Origin: Desulfurococcales archaeon
GTDB lineage: Archaea; Thermoproteota; Thermoprotei_A; Sulfolobales; NBVN01
DNA: 49,279 nt
Assembly: GCA_027023255.1 (NCBI GenBank)
Contig: JALVVU010000066.1
Coordinates: 1-49,279 of the forward strand
Direction: 5' to 3'
Every line of letters starts with the position of its first letter. Within the stretch, counting starts at the first letter, position 1. Below are positions 9,166-16,753 of this stretch, one piece after another. A program made the position numbers and the translations under genes. The notes below the pieces were generated by a model, which saw only the letters and a list, made by a program, of their open reading frames with translations, was not told where the DNA came from and did not search any database.

Positions 9166-9626
9166 AGGTGGGGATAGTTGACACGACCTTCGCACGCGTG
9201 GATATGGGTGCCGAAGCTGAGAGAGTGCTTAAGGAGGAACTACCAAACGCCATAATAATTAGGTATACTGTACCAGGAATAAAGGACATCCCAGTAGCGG
9301 CGAAGAAGCTAATCGAGGAGGAGGGGTGCGAAGGAGTCATAACGCTCGGCTGGGTAGGCAAAACACTAACCGATAAGTTCTCGTACATAGTTGCTAGTAT
9401 GGCCCTCCAATTAGTTCAACTAACAACGAACAAACACGTGATAGACGTAACTATCCACGAGGACGAAAGTGGGGAAGAATCCGAGCTTCTGAGAATAGCC
9501 CTAGACAGGGCAAGAAAGCATGCAAGGAACCTAGCAATACTCCTGCTAAAGGGCGGTGAAGGCCTAAGACCGTATGCCGGCAAGGGTTTAAGACAGGGCC
9601 GTCCGGACGCGGGTCCTATAGAGTAA
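9162..9626 (+). CDS. ribC: Archaeal-type riboflavin synthase
   Basis: MKVGIVDTTFARVDMG... and a 154-aa length match archaeal RibC. An ATGA overlap (9162-9165) joins it to ampS. Confidence 0.85.
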   Translation: MKVGIVDTTFARVDMGAEAERVLKEELPNAIIIRYTVPGIKDIPVAAKKLIEEEGCEGVITLGWVGKTLTDKFSYIVASMALQLVQLTTNKHVIDVTIHEDESGEESELLRIALDRARKHARNLAILLLKGGEGLRPYAGKGLRQGRPDAGPIE

Positions 9627-9711
9627 TTGATCTTATAAAACAGAACTCCCCGACTTATCATTACTTAGTTCCCTACAGCAACTAACCCTACATCCGCTTA
9701 CTATTAGTTAA

Positions 9712-9749
9712 GAAAGATATCATTTATAACGTTAACAACACTATCTTTC
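9712..9749. repeat. Perfect 8-bp inverted repeat GAAAGATA-N22-TATCTTTC, with a TATA-like TTTATAA and AACGTT/GTTAAC palindromes in the spacer
   Basis: Read directly: the arms are at 9712-9719 and 9742-9749. It lies in the 275-nt A/T-rich spacer upstream of the unknown operon. Confidence 0.6.
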
Positions 9750-9901
9750 ATGTGTAAGGTAATGAGCCCCAACAATCAAGTATTCGTTCGACACACTATT
9801 GTGAAAGCATATACGCCTATGCTCAGACTTATGGGCAACTCTGAATTACTATCTCTTAATAGCATGGGTCTCATCTCTTTAAGGGATGGGGTGGTAGCAG
9901 C

Positions 9902-10921
9902 TTGAGTGCAGCTATTGACATGTTTAGCCGCCTATTCTCCCTAATAGATTTGGTGGACTATGACATGATGATAATTCTCCCCCAAAAACATGTAATTAAC
10001 ATAGAAGGAATTACGCGCAACTTACAGAGCCTCGTGATTCTTTTCGGTAATGAGGAGGAGTCCAAGATACAATATGAATCCAAGGATATTTACTTCTTCT
10101 CAACTAAGGGGTTACCGGACACAGCGTTCTGGATAGACTTGATTAAAGGCAATACGCATCACGATACATTAGTGAAGATCAAATCGTTGATCACCAAGGA
10201 TCTTAAGGAAGTAAACATAGTTGCTCGCGAATCATCCCAGGATACGTTACTCGCATACGAATCACTTAATGAGTTACGCCGCGTTAACACTGAGGCTAAG
10301 GTTAAGGTACTTCTCGACGTATCAAGGCTAGACCACGTGCTTAATACCGCCACATTCATGGCACTCGCACTCGACAAGGGCTTACTTGACATCGCTACTA
10401 TAGCCAATGTAAGCAGAATGATAGCTAAGATGCATGCCCTCAATAATTTAGAGAGAGCTCAGGAACTGAGATGGTGCCTAGCGAACCTAATGCGCGCAGC
10501 AGATAGGGCGCTGGAGAACGATGTACACGTTACCGCCGCAGTATGCTACTCAACAAGCGTCCCGGAAATATTTAAGGACTTGCTAGGGTTTATCCGCTTC
10601 TCCAGGTTCGCATCTTGGGGATCGGAGTATCAGTCTAGCGGAATGTACGGAATTATAGAAGGACCCACATACATAGTTAATGGTGACCAACTAAGGGAAT
10701 TATCAAGGAGGGAGGGCTGGGTTCATGAGGGGGTAGAAATTAGGGAGGGTAATAGATTGAGGATAGCGGCTCTCGATGTGAACGCACAGGTACTGCGTGA
10801 GTTCCTGCAGTCAGCACTAACACAGACGTCGGGACGAGAAGGGGATACGATAACTGGTTATGTTGAACTATACAAGGTTGCGGGCCACATTGAATCCTTA
10901 ATTAAGAAGTTGTGGGGATGA
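9902..10921 (+). CDS. Hypothetical protein A of unknown operon (alpha/beta N-domain, helical middle, beta-rich C-terminus)
   Basis: 339-aa ORF with a TTG start; the first ATG is at 9920. No recognised catalytic motif. The next ORF follows after 6 nt. Confidence 0.7.
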   Translation: MSAAIDMFSRLFSLIDLVDYDMMIILPQKHVINIEGITRNLQSLVILFGNEEESKIQYESKDIYFFSTKGLPDTAFWIDLIKGNTHHDTLVKIKSLITKDLKEVNIVARESSQDTLLAYESLNELRRVNTEAKVKVLLDVSRLDHVLNTATFMALALDKGLLDIATIANVSRMIAKMHALNNLERAQELRWCLANLMRAADRALENDVHVTAAVCYSTSVPEIFKDLLGFIRFSRFASWGSEYQSSGMYGIIEGPTYIVNGDQLRELSRREGWVHEGVEIREGNRLRIAALDVNAQVLREFLQSALTQTSGREGDTITGYVELYKVAGHIESLIKKLWG

Positions 10922-10927
10922 TCAGGT

Positions 10928-13108
10928 ATGCCCGTAGAGAAGGATTCCATTATTGTCTCTGCGGTGCTCGCTGCTTGGGTACTACTTTATGGGTATGCGT
11001 TAAGTGTTGTAAGATATCCCTTTAGTATGGCCGTTTGTGGTGCATTCATAATCCTTATCGTGAGCCACGCTATCCTAGTTAGAAGCGATAGGAAGGGCAC
11101 ACCCTTTACTATGGCGTATGCTGCCTACGTTATCCTAACGCTTTTCTCCTTAGCTAAAAATATTCACCCGGCTGTACGGTGGGCATCGGAGTTCCTGGTG
11201 TTCTCTGTCCTTAGTGTAGTGTTCATCGCTTTCTATGACATGCTTGTAAAGGTCAGTAACCGGGACCTCCTACCGCAGTTAGTTCTACTGTACGCCTTAG
11301 CTATATCATTACTAGGGGCTAGTGGTTGGGTGCTAATCTCTTTACTAGGTTTAGCTACGGCGCTTGTCTGCAGTATGAGGTCACTCATAGGTTACCTCAT
11401 GTCGCTTGTCTTCGCTCTATTACCGTTCATTGGGATTCCAGCAGTGGTTTATAATGCTGGGAATCTTCCCCACATAACGCTACCCGGTCTCCACGTCGGG
11501 AGCATGGCCTACGTAACTGCCCTTGTAGTAACGTACGTTGCGTTGGCAATTGCAGGCGGGGTAGGTGGGATCCTCGCAATAACTTTCTGGAAATCCTTAA
11601 CTAGGCCTGAGAAGGTTCCTCGTACGTTAATGAACTCATTCTCAATCGCGATATCTGGCATAGTATTCAACGCATTAGTAATAGTCCTTGTTTACTTACT
11701 TGCACCGTGGCTAAATGGAGTTCTCGTTGTGAAGTCCGTGACACTGACATTAATATCAACATTCACAGCCGCGTTGCTCACAAATACAACCCTATTCCGA
11801 AGGGAAATTAAGAGACTTTTGAAGGACTTTGAGGAACGCAGTGAACACATTCTTCGCGTGCTAGATAATGTTAGAGATGCCGTGAATGCGCTCACATCTG
11901 TAGGTGTGACTAACGAAAAGACAGAGGAACTGCGTAGCCGAACCAATGAAATAATCGTGAATTTAAGGAGGATAAAGGAACGTGTCTCGAGCAATCCCTC
12001 TCCAGACACTTTGAAATCTGCACTCAATGAACTCGACATTATTAAGAAGGACACCGCTGAGGTTGAGAGGGAAATCGTAGACACATTCACGTCCCTCACA
12101 ACTACAGTACAGAGTCTTAAGCCCATCATGGACCCGTACGTAAGGATCCCGGAGGACCTGTGGCTTAAGGCCGTGACTGCCACAAAGGTTGAGGGAATAG
12201 AGGACATCTTGATCAAGGCAAACGCCCTTCGTAGGATCGCGGAAAGGCTCTGTACTTATTTAGAGAAAGCCATAAACCAGAGTCTTGCAGAGTTAGAAAA
12301 AGTTCTAGGCATTAAGGCTATTCCTGAGGAACCCATGAAGTGTAGTAACTGGCGTAACCCCATCTCAGCACTAAAGGGAATAGTGAGGGAGTACACTTTA
12401 ATCCTTGCCAGAAATAAGCACGCGATACAGGAAACCTACAATAAGCTCTTGAAGCTTAAGGAGTTTTTCTTGACTCTTGAGAAGGATGTAAAGGAAAACG
12501 ATCTACAAAACACTAACTTCGGCATGCTCCTGTCAGAAGCTTCAAGTATACTCTCGGAGGTTCCGGACGTCATACCATCAACACATTCCGCAACACGTGT
12601 AATTAAGGACGTTACGGAGAAACTCCGAGAAATCATTGCCAAGTTACCTGAAGCCCTTAAGGCTGACCTGAACTTACTGCTTGAAGGCTCAAGAACAAAT
12701 ACCGCCACAGAGGTGGCGTCAACACTTCATGCACTCAGCGACGTTGGTGAGAGGCTAAATTACCTTTGTGAAACCCTTGAGAACCTAAATAAGGAAGGGA
12801 CTGAGGGAAGCTATGCACAGCTAATAACAGCGTACGATTCGGTATTACCTAAGCTGCTGAAGAAGATCGTGGATAACCTAAAGGAATTAGCGGCAATGCA
12901 TCGGAGAACCGGATTAATACCTGTTGTAATGGAGTACATCGACTACCTACTCATGAAGAAGGGAGGAGTACTGAGTCTGGAGGACTTACCATTCAAGAGA
13001 GACGCTTCAATTCACTTCATCCAGCTCTACGCTATAAGCAGGAAGGACGTTGAGGTGCTGGAAGGAGGGATTAGAATTAGAGGAGGTGCGCAGAATGCCC
13101 AGAAGTAA
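10928..13108 (+). CDS. Hypothetical polytopic membrane protein with long coiled-coil cytoplasmic tail (protein B)
   Basis: About 9-10 hydrophobic segments in residues 1-290 (judged by eye). Roughly 430 aa of K/E/L-rich heptad-like sequence follow, then a short C-terminal globular segment. The antisense ORFs are Ser-rich mirror artefacts. Confidence 0.8.
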   Translation: MPVEKDSIIVSAVLAAWVLLYGYALSVVRYPFSMAVCGAFIILIVSHAILVRSDRKGTPFTMAYAAYVILTLFSLAKNIHPAVRWASEFLVFSVLSVVFIAFYDMLVKVSNRDLLPQLVLLYALAISLLGASGWVLISLLGLATALVCSMRSLIGYLMSLVFALLPFIGIPAVVYNAGNLPHITLPGLHVGSMAYVTALVVTYVALAIAGGVGGILAITFWKSLTRPEKVPRTLMNSFSIAISGIVFNALVIVLVYLLAPWLNGVLVVKSVTLTLISTFTAALLTNTTLFRREIKRLLKDFEERSEHILRVLDNVRDAVNALTSVGVTNEKTEELRSRTNEIIVNLRRIKERVSSNPSPDTLKSALNELDIIKKDTAEVEREIVDTFTSLTTTVQSLKPIMDPYVRIPEDLWLKAVTATKVEGIEDILIKANALRRIAERLCTYLEKAINQSLAELEKVLGIKAIPEEPMKCSNWRNPISALKGIVREYTLILARNKHAIQETYNKLLKLKEFFLTLEKDVKENDLQNTNFGMLLSEASSILSEVPDVIPSTHSATRVIKDVTEKLREIIAKLPEALKADLNLLLEGSRTNTATEVASTLHALSDVGERLNYLCETLENLNKEGTEGSYAQLITAYDSVLPKLLKKIVDNLKELAAMHRRTGLIPVVMEYIDYLLMKKGGVLSLEDLPFKRDASIHFIQLYAISRKDVEVLEGGIRIRGGAQNAQK

Positions 13109-13997
13109 GTGTAGATACTTAGGTGAAGAAACTCCTTGCGATGTAGAAGTAAGTAATAGGGAAATCACCCTAAGAAGCCTTGAAGGGCAGTTAGTGATTG
13201 CCCTAAAACTCGAGGATATTCTCTCTATTGAGCAGAGGGGCAACGAATTCACAATAATGATGAAGAACGGTGATCGAGTATCCATAATGATAACTAGGGA
13301 GTTATTGAAGAGAATCATGTATGTGACCACGTTACTGGAATTAAAGAATTCTGCAAGGAAGGCACTGTTGACGCTAAAAGCGTGCCTGTTAACATTATCA
13401 AGAGTGCTATCCTTACTCGAGGAAATCATGACGAAACTACGTCGGGGCAATATACCTGACTGGGACAGGATCAACGAAGTCAGTGCTGAGCTTAAGAAGG
13501 TAGTATTGAATGAATTACCGGAGAGAACCTCTGGAGTAAGGGCAGGCGAGATAATTGACGTCCTTGAGGAACTCTCCAGAAACGCTAGAACAAAGTACGT
13601 CAATGGTATCAGAATGAATGCTAGGAAACTTGTTGGGATAATGTCTAACGAGTGTATAGTGAAACTATCTCACATATTAGCCTCAGTTAACTTTGCTGTT
13701 GCCGTTGATGTAGTACTGTACATTCATTCTTATTGCTTTGCCAAGAAATTCGACATGCGTTTAGAGGCGAATACCTCCAAAGCTAGGATCGTGGATACCC
13801 TCTCTGAACTCCTCGACAACGTGTTCTGGCTTGGCGGAGGCGAGCCGGAAAAGGTTATGACTGCCGTCCTTAAGTCGCTTGATGACGCTGACGCGGATAA
13901 GAGTGTTGAGGTATTCGTGAATGAGCTGATTAAGGGTATCTGTAGCCACTATTCTATAGCCTGTGAAGGTATAATGAGTCTTAGTGTTGAAGGATGA
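13095..13997 (+). CDS. Hypothetical protein C of unknown operon (about 70-aa beta-rich N-domain plus helical domain)
   Basis: ATG 13095 is preceded by AGGAGGTG (13081-13088) and overlaps the upstream stop by 14 nt. The ORF-track start at 13050 is probably too early. Confidence 0.7.
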   Translation: MPRSKCRYLGEETPCDVEVSNREITLRSLEGQLVIALKLEDILSIEQRGNEFTIMMKNGDRVSIMITRELLKRIMYVTTLLELKNSARKALLTLKACLLTLSRVLSLLEEIMTKLRRGNIPDWDRINEVSAELKKVVLNELPERTSGVRAGEIIDVLEELSRNARTKYVNGIRMNARKLVGIMSNECIVKLSHILASVNFAVAVDVVLYIHSYCFAKKFDMRLEANTSKARIVDTLSELLDNVFWLGGGEPEKVMTAVLKSLDDADADKSVEVFVNELIKGICSHYSIACEGIMSLSVEG

Positions 13998-14946
13998 TCG
14001 CCTCTATTTCCTTCAATATGGTGTCCATATTTCTTAGGGCGACATCTCTGGAGGGATAGTTAAACATTCGTGTTCTCGGGGATTCATTGTAGAAAGGTCT
14101 ATTGCAACCTGGGCAACCACGCACCATGACGCACCTTATGATCTCATCCACTCTCTCTAGATCTAAGTATTCAGGCCTTATGTAGGGTAAACCGTTCTTG
14201 AAGACCGTGAATGACCTCCAGTCTTCACCTTCCATAATGAGGTGCGTCGCTAGTTGCGCGAACCTGTAGTACCTTATGCTTGGGGGGCTACGGGTACCGT
14301 ACATCGGTGTGCCCCTCACGGGTGTGAAGGCGAAGAGGGATACTTCTGATCCGAGATCCCTCACCCTCTCTATGGTCTCAAGTAGCTCTCTCGGTGTCTC
14401 ACCCAACCCCACTATGATGTGTGTAACCACATGGCCTTCCCCGAATACCGTGATGCCATCCTTGATGAATTCCCAGTAACGGTTCCAAGGGTAAGGCTTA
14501 CTGACGGCACGCACTACCCTAGGGGAAGCAGCGTCTAACCCCACGCCTAGATAGTCGGTACCTAGATCCCGTAGCTCCTTAAGGTACCTTAGAGGGACAG
14601 GAGTTATCGATACCGATACGTTAAGGCCATACTCATGGAGGGTCTTAACAACCTCCTTGGTTTCGCTCATGAAATTCTCCTTGATCACGGTCTGCACGCA
14701 GACCCGCTTTATCCCTGCTTTAGCGAGGGACGTGGCTAGGGTCTCTAAGTCGCTTTCAGGCCATGTAATGCGTGAGAGAAGTTCCTTGGATGAGCTAGCA
14801 TCCCTAGATTGAGGGCAGAAGGCGCACGTGCCGTTACACCCATGGTTACTGTCCAGCATGACGTAACCTATGGTTGGTAGCGCATCAACCCTAGCGTTTT
14901 CAAGTCCAGCAACCACTAGCGTTCCGAGGGACGCTCTAATCCTCAC
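13981..14946 (-). CDS. Radical SAM protein, biotin-synthase-related; candidate LipS1/LipS2-type lipoyl synthase subunit
   Basis: CNGTCAFC CxxxCxxC motif (nt 14815-14838), TIM-barrel-like length and a C-terminal CPGC. It is divergent from lplA. Confidence 0.7.
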   Translation of the reverse strand: MRIRASLGTLVVAGLENARVDALPTIGYVMLDSNHGCNGTCAFCPQSRDASSSKELLSRITWPESDLETLATSLAKAGIKRVCVQTVIKENFMSETKEVVKTLHEYGLNVSVSITPVPLRYLKELRDLGTDYLGVGLDAASPRVVRAVSKPYPWNRYWEFIKDGITVFGEGHVVTHIIVGLGETPRELLETIERVRDLGSEVSLFAFTPVRGTPMYGTRSPPSIRYYRFAQLATHLIMEGEDWRSFTVFKNGLPYIRPEYLDLERVDEIIRCVMVRGCPGCNRPFYNESPRTRMFNYPSRDVALRNMDTILKEIEAIILQH

Positions 14947-15018
14947 TTCCTAGCCCTAGGTAGTTATTACTAGACGTGCAATTAACTTGTGCGGGTGGAT
15001 GAGGTGCCTCGAGACGCT

Positions 15019-15762
15019 ATGAGGTTAATAGTAGATGAGGGGACCCCGTTCTTCAACATGGCTATGGATGAGGCGATGCTCCTGCTACGTGGTATCAACG
15101 CTGTGGAGGACACGCTAAGGCTATACGTCATGAGACCATCCGCAGTAACCATAGGTTACTTTCAGTCCCTAAGCCAGTCCGTCAACTTAGGGTACGTTAG
15201 GGAGCACGGCATACCTGTCGTGAGGCGTGTCAGTGGTGGTGGTTCCGTGTATCATGACTCGTTGGGTGAGGTGACGTACGCTATTGTCCTTAGCGCCGAC
15301 TCTGTTCCGAGGGATTATGTGGAGTCCTTCAGGCTTATTTGTGAGGGTGTCGTGCGTGCAGCTAGGCGTTTGGGTTGCGAGGCAAGTTTCGCCCCGTTGA
15401 ATGATGTTGTCGCGCATGGCCGTAAGCTTTCGGGGAGCGCGCAGGCCCGTAGGCTCGGGGCTCTTCTTCAGCATGGGACGTTTATGTATGCTACGGACAT
15501 TAACACGTTGGCTAATTCCCTACGCGTTCCCGGGGTTAAGTATGGAGGCGCGTCAACTATAAGGAAGCGAGTAATAACAGTTTCTGAATGTGTTGGCAGA
15601 TGCATCAGTAAGGAAGAGGCTATCGAAGCCCTAATCGAGGGGTTCTCGGACGCGCTTAACGTTGAGTTCGTGCGGGGTAAGTACTCTCCTGCCGAGTTAG
15701 AGCTTGCGAAGAGTTTAGAGTGGAAGTATAGGTCGCGGGAGTGGACAGCTCTTAGGCCATGA
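15019..15762 (+). CDS. lplA: Lipoate-protein ligase A, catalytic (N-terminal) subunit
   Basis: MRLIVDEG...MDEAML...TIGYFQS...RRVSGGGSVYHD...RKLSGSAQ fits the LplA/BPL_LplA_LipB domain. ATG 15019 is preferred over GTG 14989. Confidence 0.85.
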   Translation: MRLIVDEGTPFFNMAMDEAMLLLRGINAVEDTLRLYVMRPSAVTIGYFQSLSQSVNLGYVREHGIPVVRRVSGGGSVYHDSLGEVTYAIVLSADSVPRDYVESFRLICEGVVRAARRLGCEASFAPLNDVVAHGRKLSGSAQARRLGALLQHGTFMYATDINTLANSLRVPGVKYGGASTIRKRVITVSECVGRCISKEEAIEALIEGFSDALNVEFVRGKYSPAELELAKSLEWKYRSREWTALRP

Positions 15763-15763
15763 G

Positions 15764-16090
15764 GTGAGTGCTGTGGGGGTCATTGAGGCGTCAGCTAAGA
15801 GGAAGGGCGAGAAAGTCATAATGATCAGATTAGTGCTTAATGAGAAATGCGTTATCGAGTCTGCTGAAGCGCTCGGCGACTTCTTTGCTACGAATCCTGA
15901 GGCTTTAGAGGAAATGCTGCGGAGCTTAGCAGGCGCTAGGGCAGCGAATGTTGAGTGGAGAGAGTTCCTTAAGGATATGGCGAGGGCTTCGGGACTGTAC
16001 GGTGTTTCGAGGGAAACTTTAGATAGCTTAGCCGTAAAGCTTGCTGAGGAGGTAAGCAGGGTTTGCGGGGAAGGAGCTGCGGTAGAGTAG
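15764..16090 (+). CDS. lplB: Lipoate-protein ligase C-terminal-domain protein (LplB-type accessory subunit)
   Basis: 108-aa ORF starting 2 nt after the lplA stop. It resembles the separate LplA C-terminal domain (..ALGDFFATNPEALEE..), as in the Thermoplasma-type split ligase. Confidence 0.7.
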   Translation: MSAVGVIEASAKRKGEKVIMIRLVLNEKCVIESAEALGDFFATNPEALEEMLRSLAGARAANVEWREFLKDMARASGLYGVSRETLDSLAVKLAEEVSRVCGEGAAVE

Positions 16091-16752
16091 GTGTTTTGGC
16101 CTTCGACATGGATGGTGTACTCATTGTAGAGAAGTCCTCTTGGAGCGTGCTTCACGAGTACTTCGGTTCGAAAGCGATAGTGGATGAAGCTGGTGACGCG
16201 CATCGATTCGAGCGCGGGGAGATAACGTACTCAGAGTGGATGAGGCGCGATACGGAGGCCATGGTTCGCGTTGCTGGACGGTGCATCACTAGGGATGAAA
16301 TCCTCAATGCCCTCCTAGGTAGGGTCACAATAAGGGACTCAGCGAGGAGGGTTGTGGAGCTAGCTAGGGGTTACGGGATCGTGACTGCTGTGGTTAGCGG
16401 GGGCGTGCACGTGCTCGCGGAGTACGTTGCGAGGGAGTTAGGTATTGATATGGCGTTCGCGAATAAGTTGACGTTCGATAGGAACGGCTGCCTAGTGCCG
16501 GGCGGAGAGGAAGTAGTTAATCCCCTCCGCAAGGGAGACGTGTTAAGAAGGATATCTAAGGTTACGGGTGTCCCACTCAGTGAATTCATGTACGTTGGGG
16601 ACAGCGCATGGGACGTGAGCGCCTTCCGCTATGTTGGTTACCCAGTATTCCTTAAGGGAAGTGATGATCCGCCAGACCTTGACGGGCTAATAGTGATCAA
16701 TGATCTCTCGGAGTTAAGTACGTTGCTTAAGGAGCTTTGTGAGGAGAGGTAA
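16063..16752 (+). CDS. HAD-superfamily hydrolase, phosphoserine-phosphatase-like
   Basis: FDMDGVL (motif I), VVSGG (II), RKGD (III) and GDSAWDV (IV). The start is uncertain: ATG 16063 overlaps lplB by 28 nt, and TTG 16096 lies just after its stop. Confidence 0.75.
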   Translation: MRGRSCGRVGVLAFDMDGVLIVEKSSWSVLHEYFGSKAIVDEAGDAHRFERGEITYSEWMRRDTEAMVRVAGRCITRDEILNALLGRVTIRDSARRVVELARGYGIVTAVVSGGVHVLAEYVARELGIDMAFANKLTFDRNGCLVPGGEEVVNPLRKGDVLRRISKVTGVPLSEFMYVGDSAWDVSAFRYVGYPVFLKGSDDPPDLDGLIVINDLSELSTLLKELCEER

Positions 16753-16753
16753 T

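Noticed and set aside
9761-9844. AAUGAGC ... CUGA strings in the spacer upstream of the unknown operon, as a second C/D sRNA
   Set aside because: The putative C box lacks the essential terminal GA. The box spacing is about 80 nt with no D'/C' pair, which does not fit the C/D architecture.
9627-9901. Long A/T-rich spacer as a possible replication origin
   Set aside because: I could not find ORB-like repeated elements, and no orc1/cdc6 or whiP gene is adjacent. Only one inverted repeat is present.
11692-13603. Long antisense ORFs (11692-12216 and 13007-13603, minus strand) inside the unknown operon
   Set aside because: Their translations are Ser/Leu/Thr-rich and low in complexity, the typical mirror image of K/E/L-rich coiled-coil coding sequence. 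The plus-strand ORFs are much longer and form a coupled series.
9627-13997. A/T-richer block as an integrated mobile element or provirus
   Set aside because: I found no integrase, transposase, tRNA target, flanking direct repeats or virus-like genes. The composition shift alone is insufficient, so it is kept only as a compositional observation.
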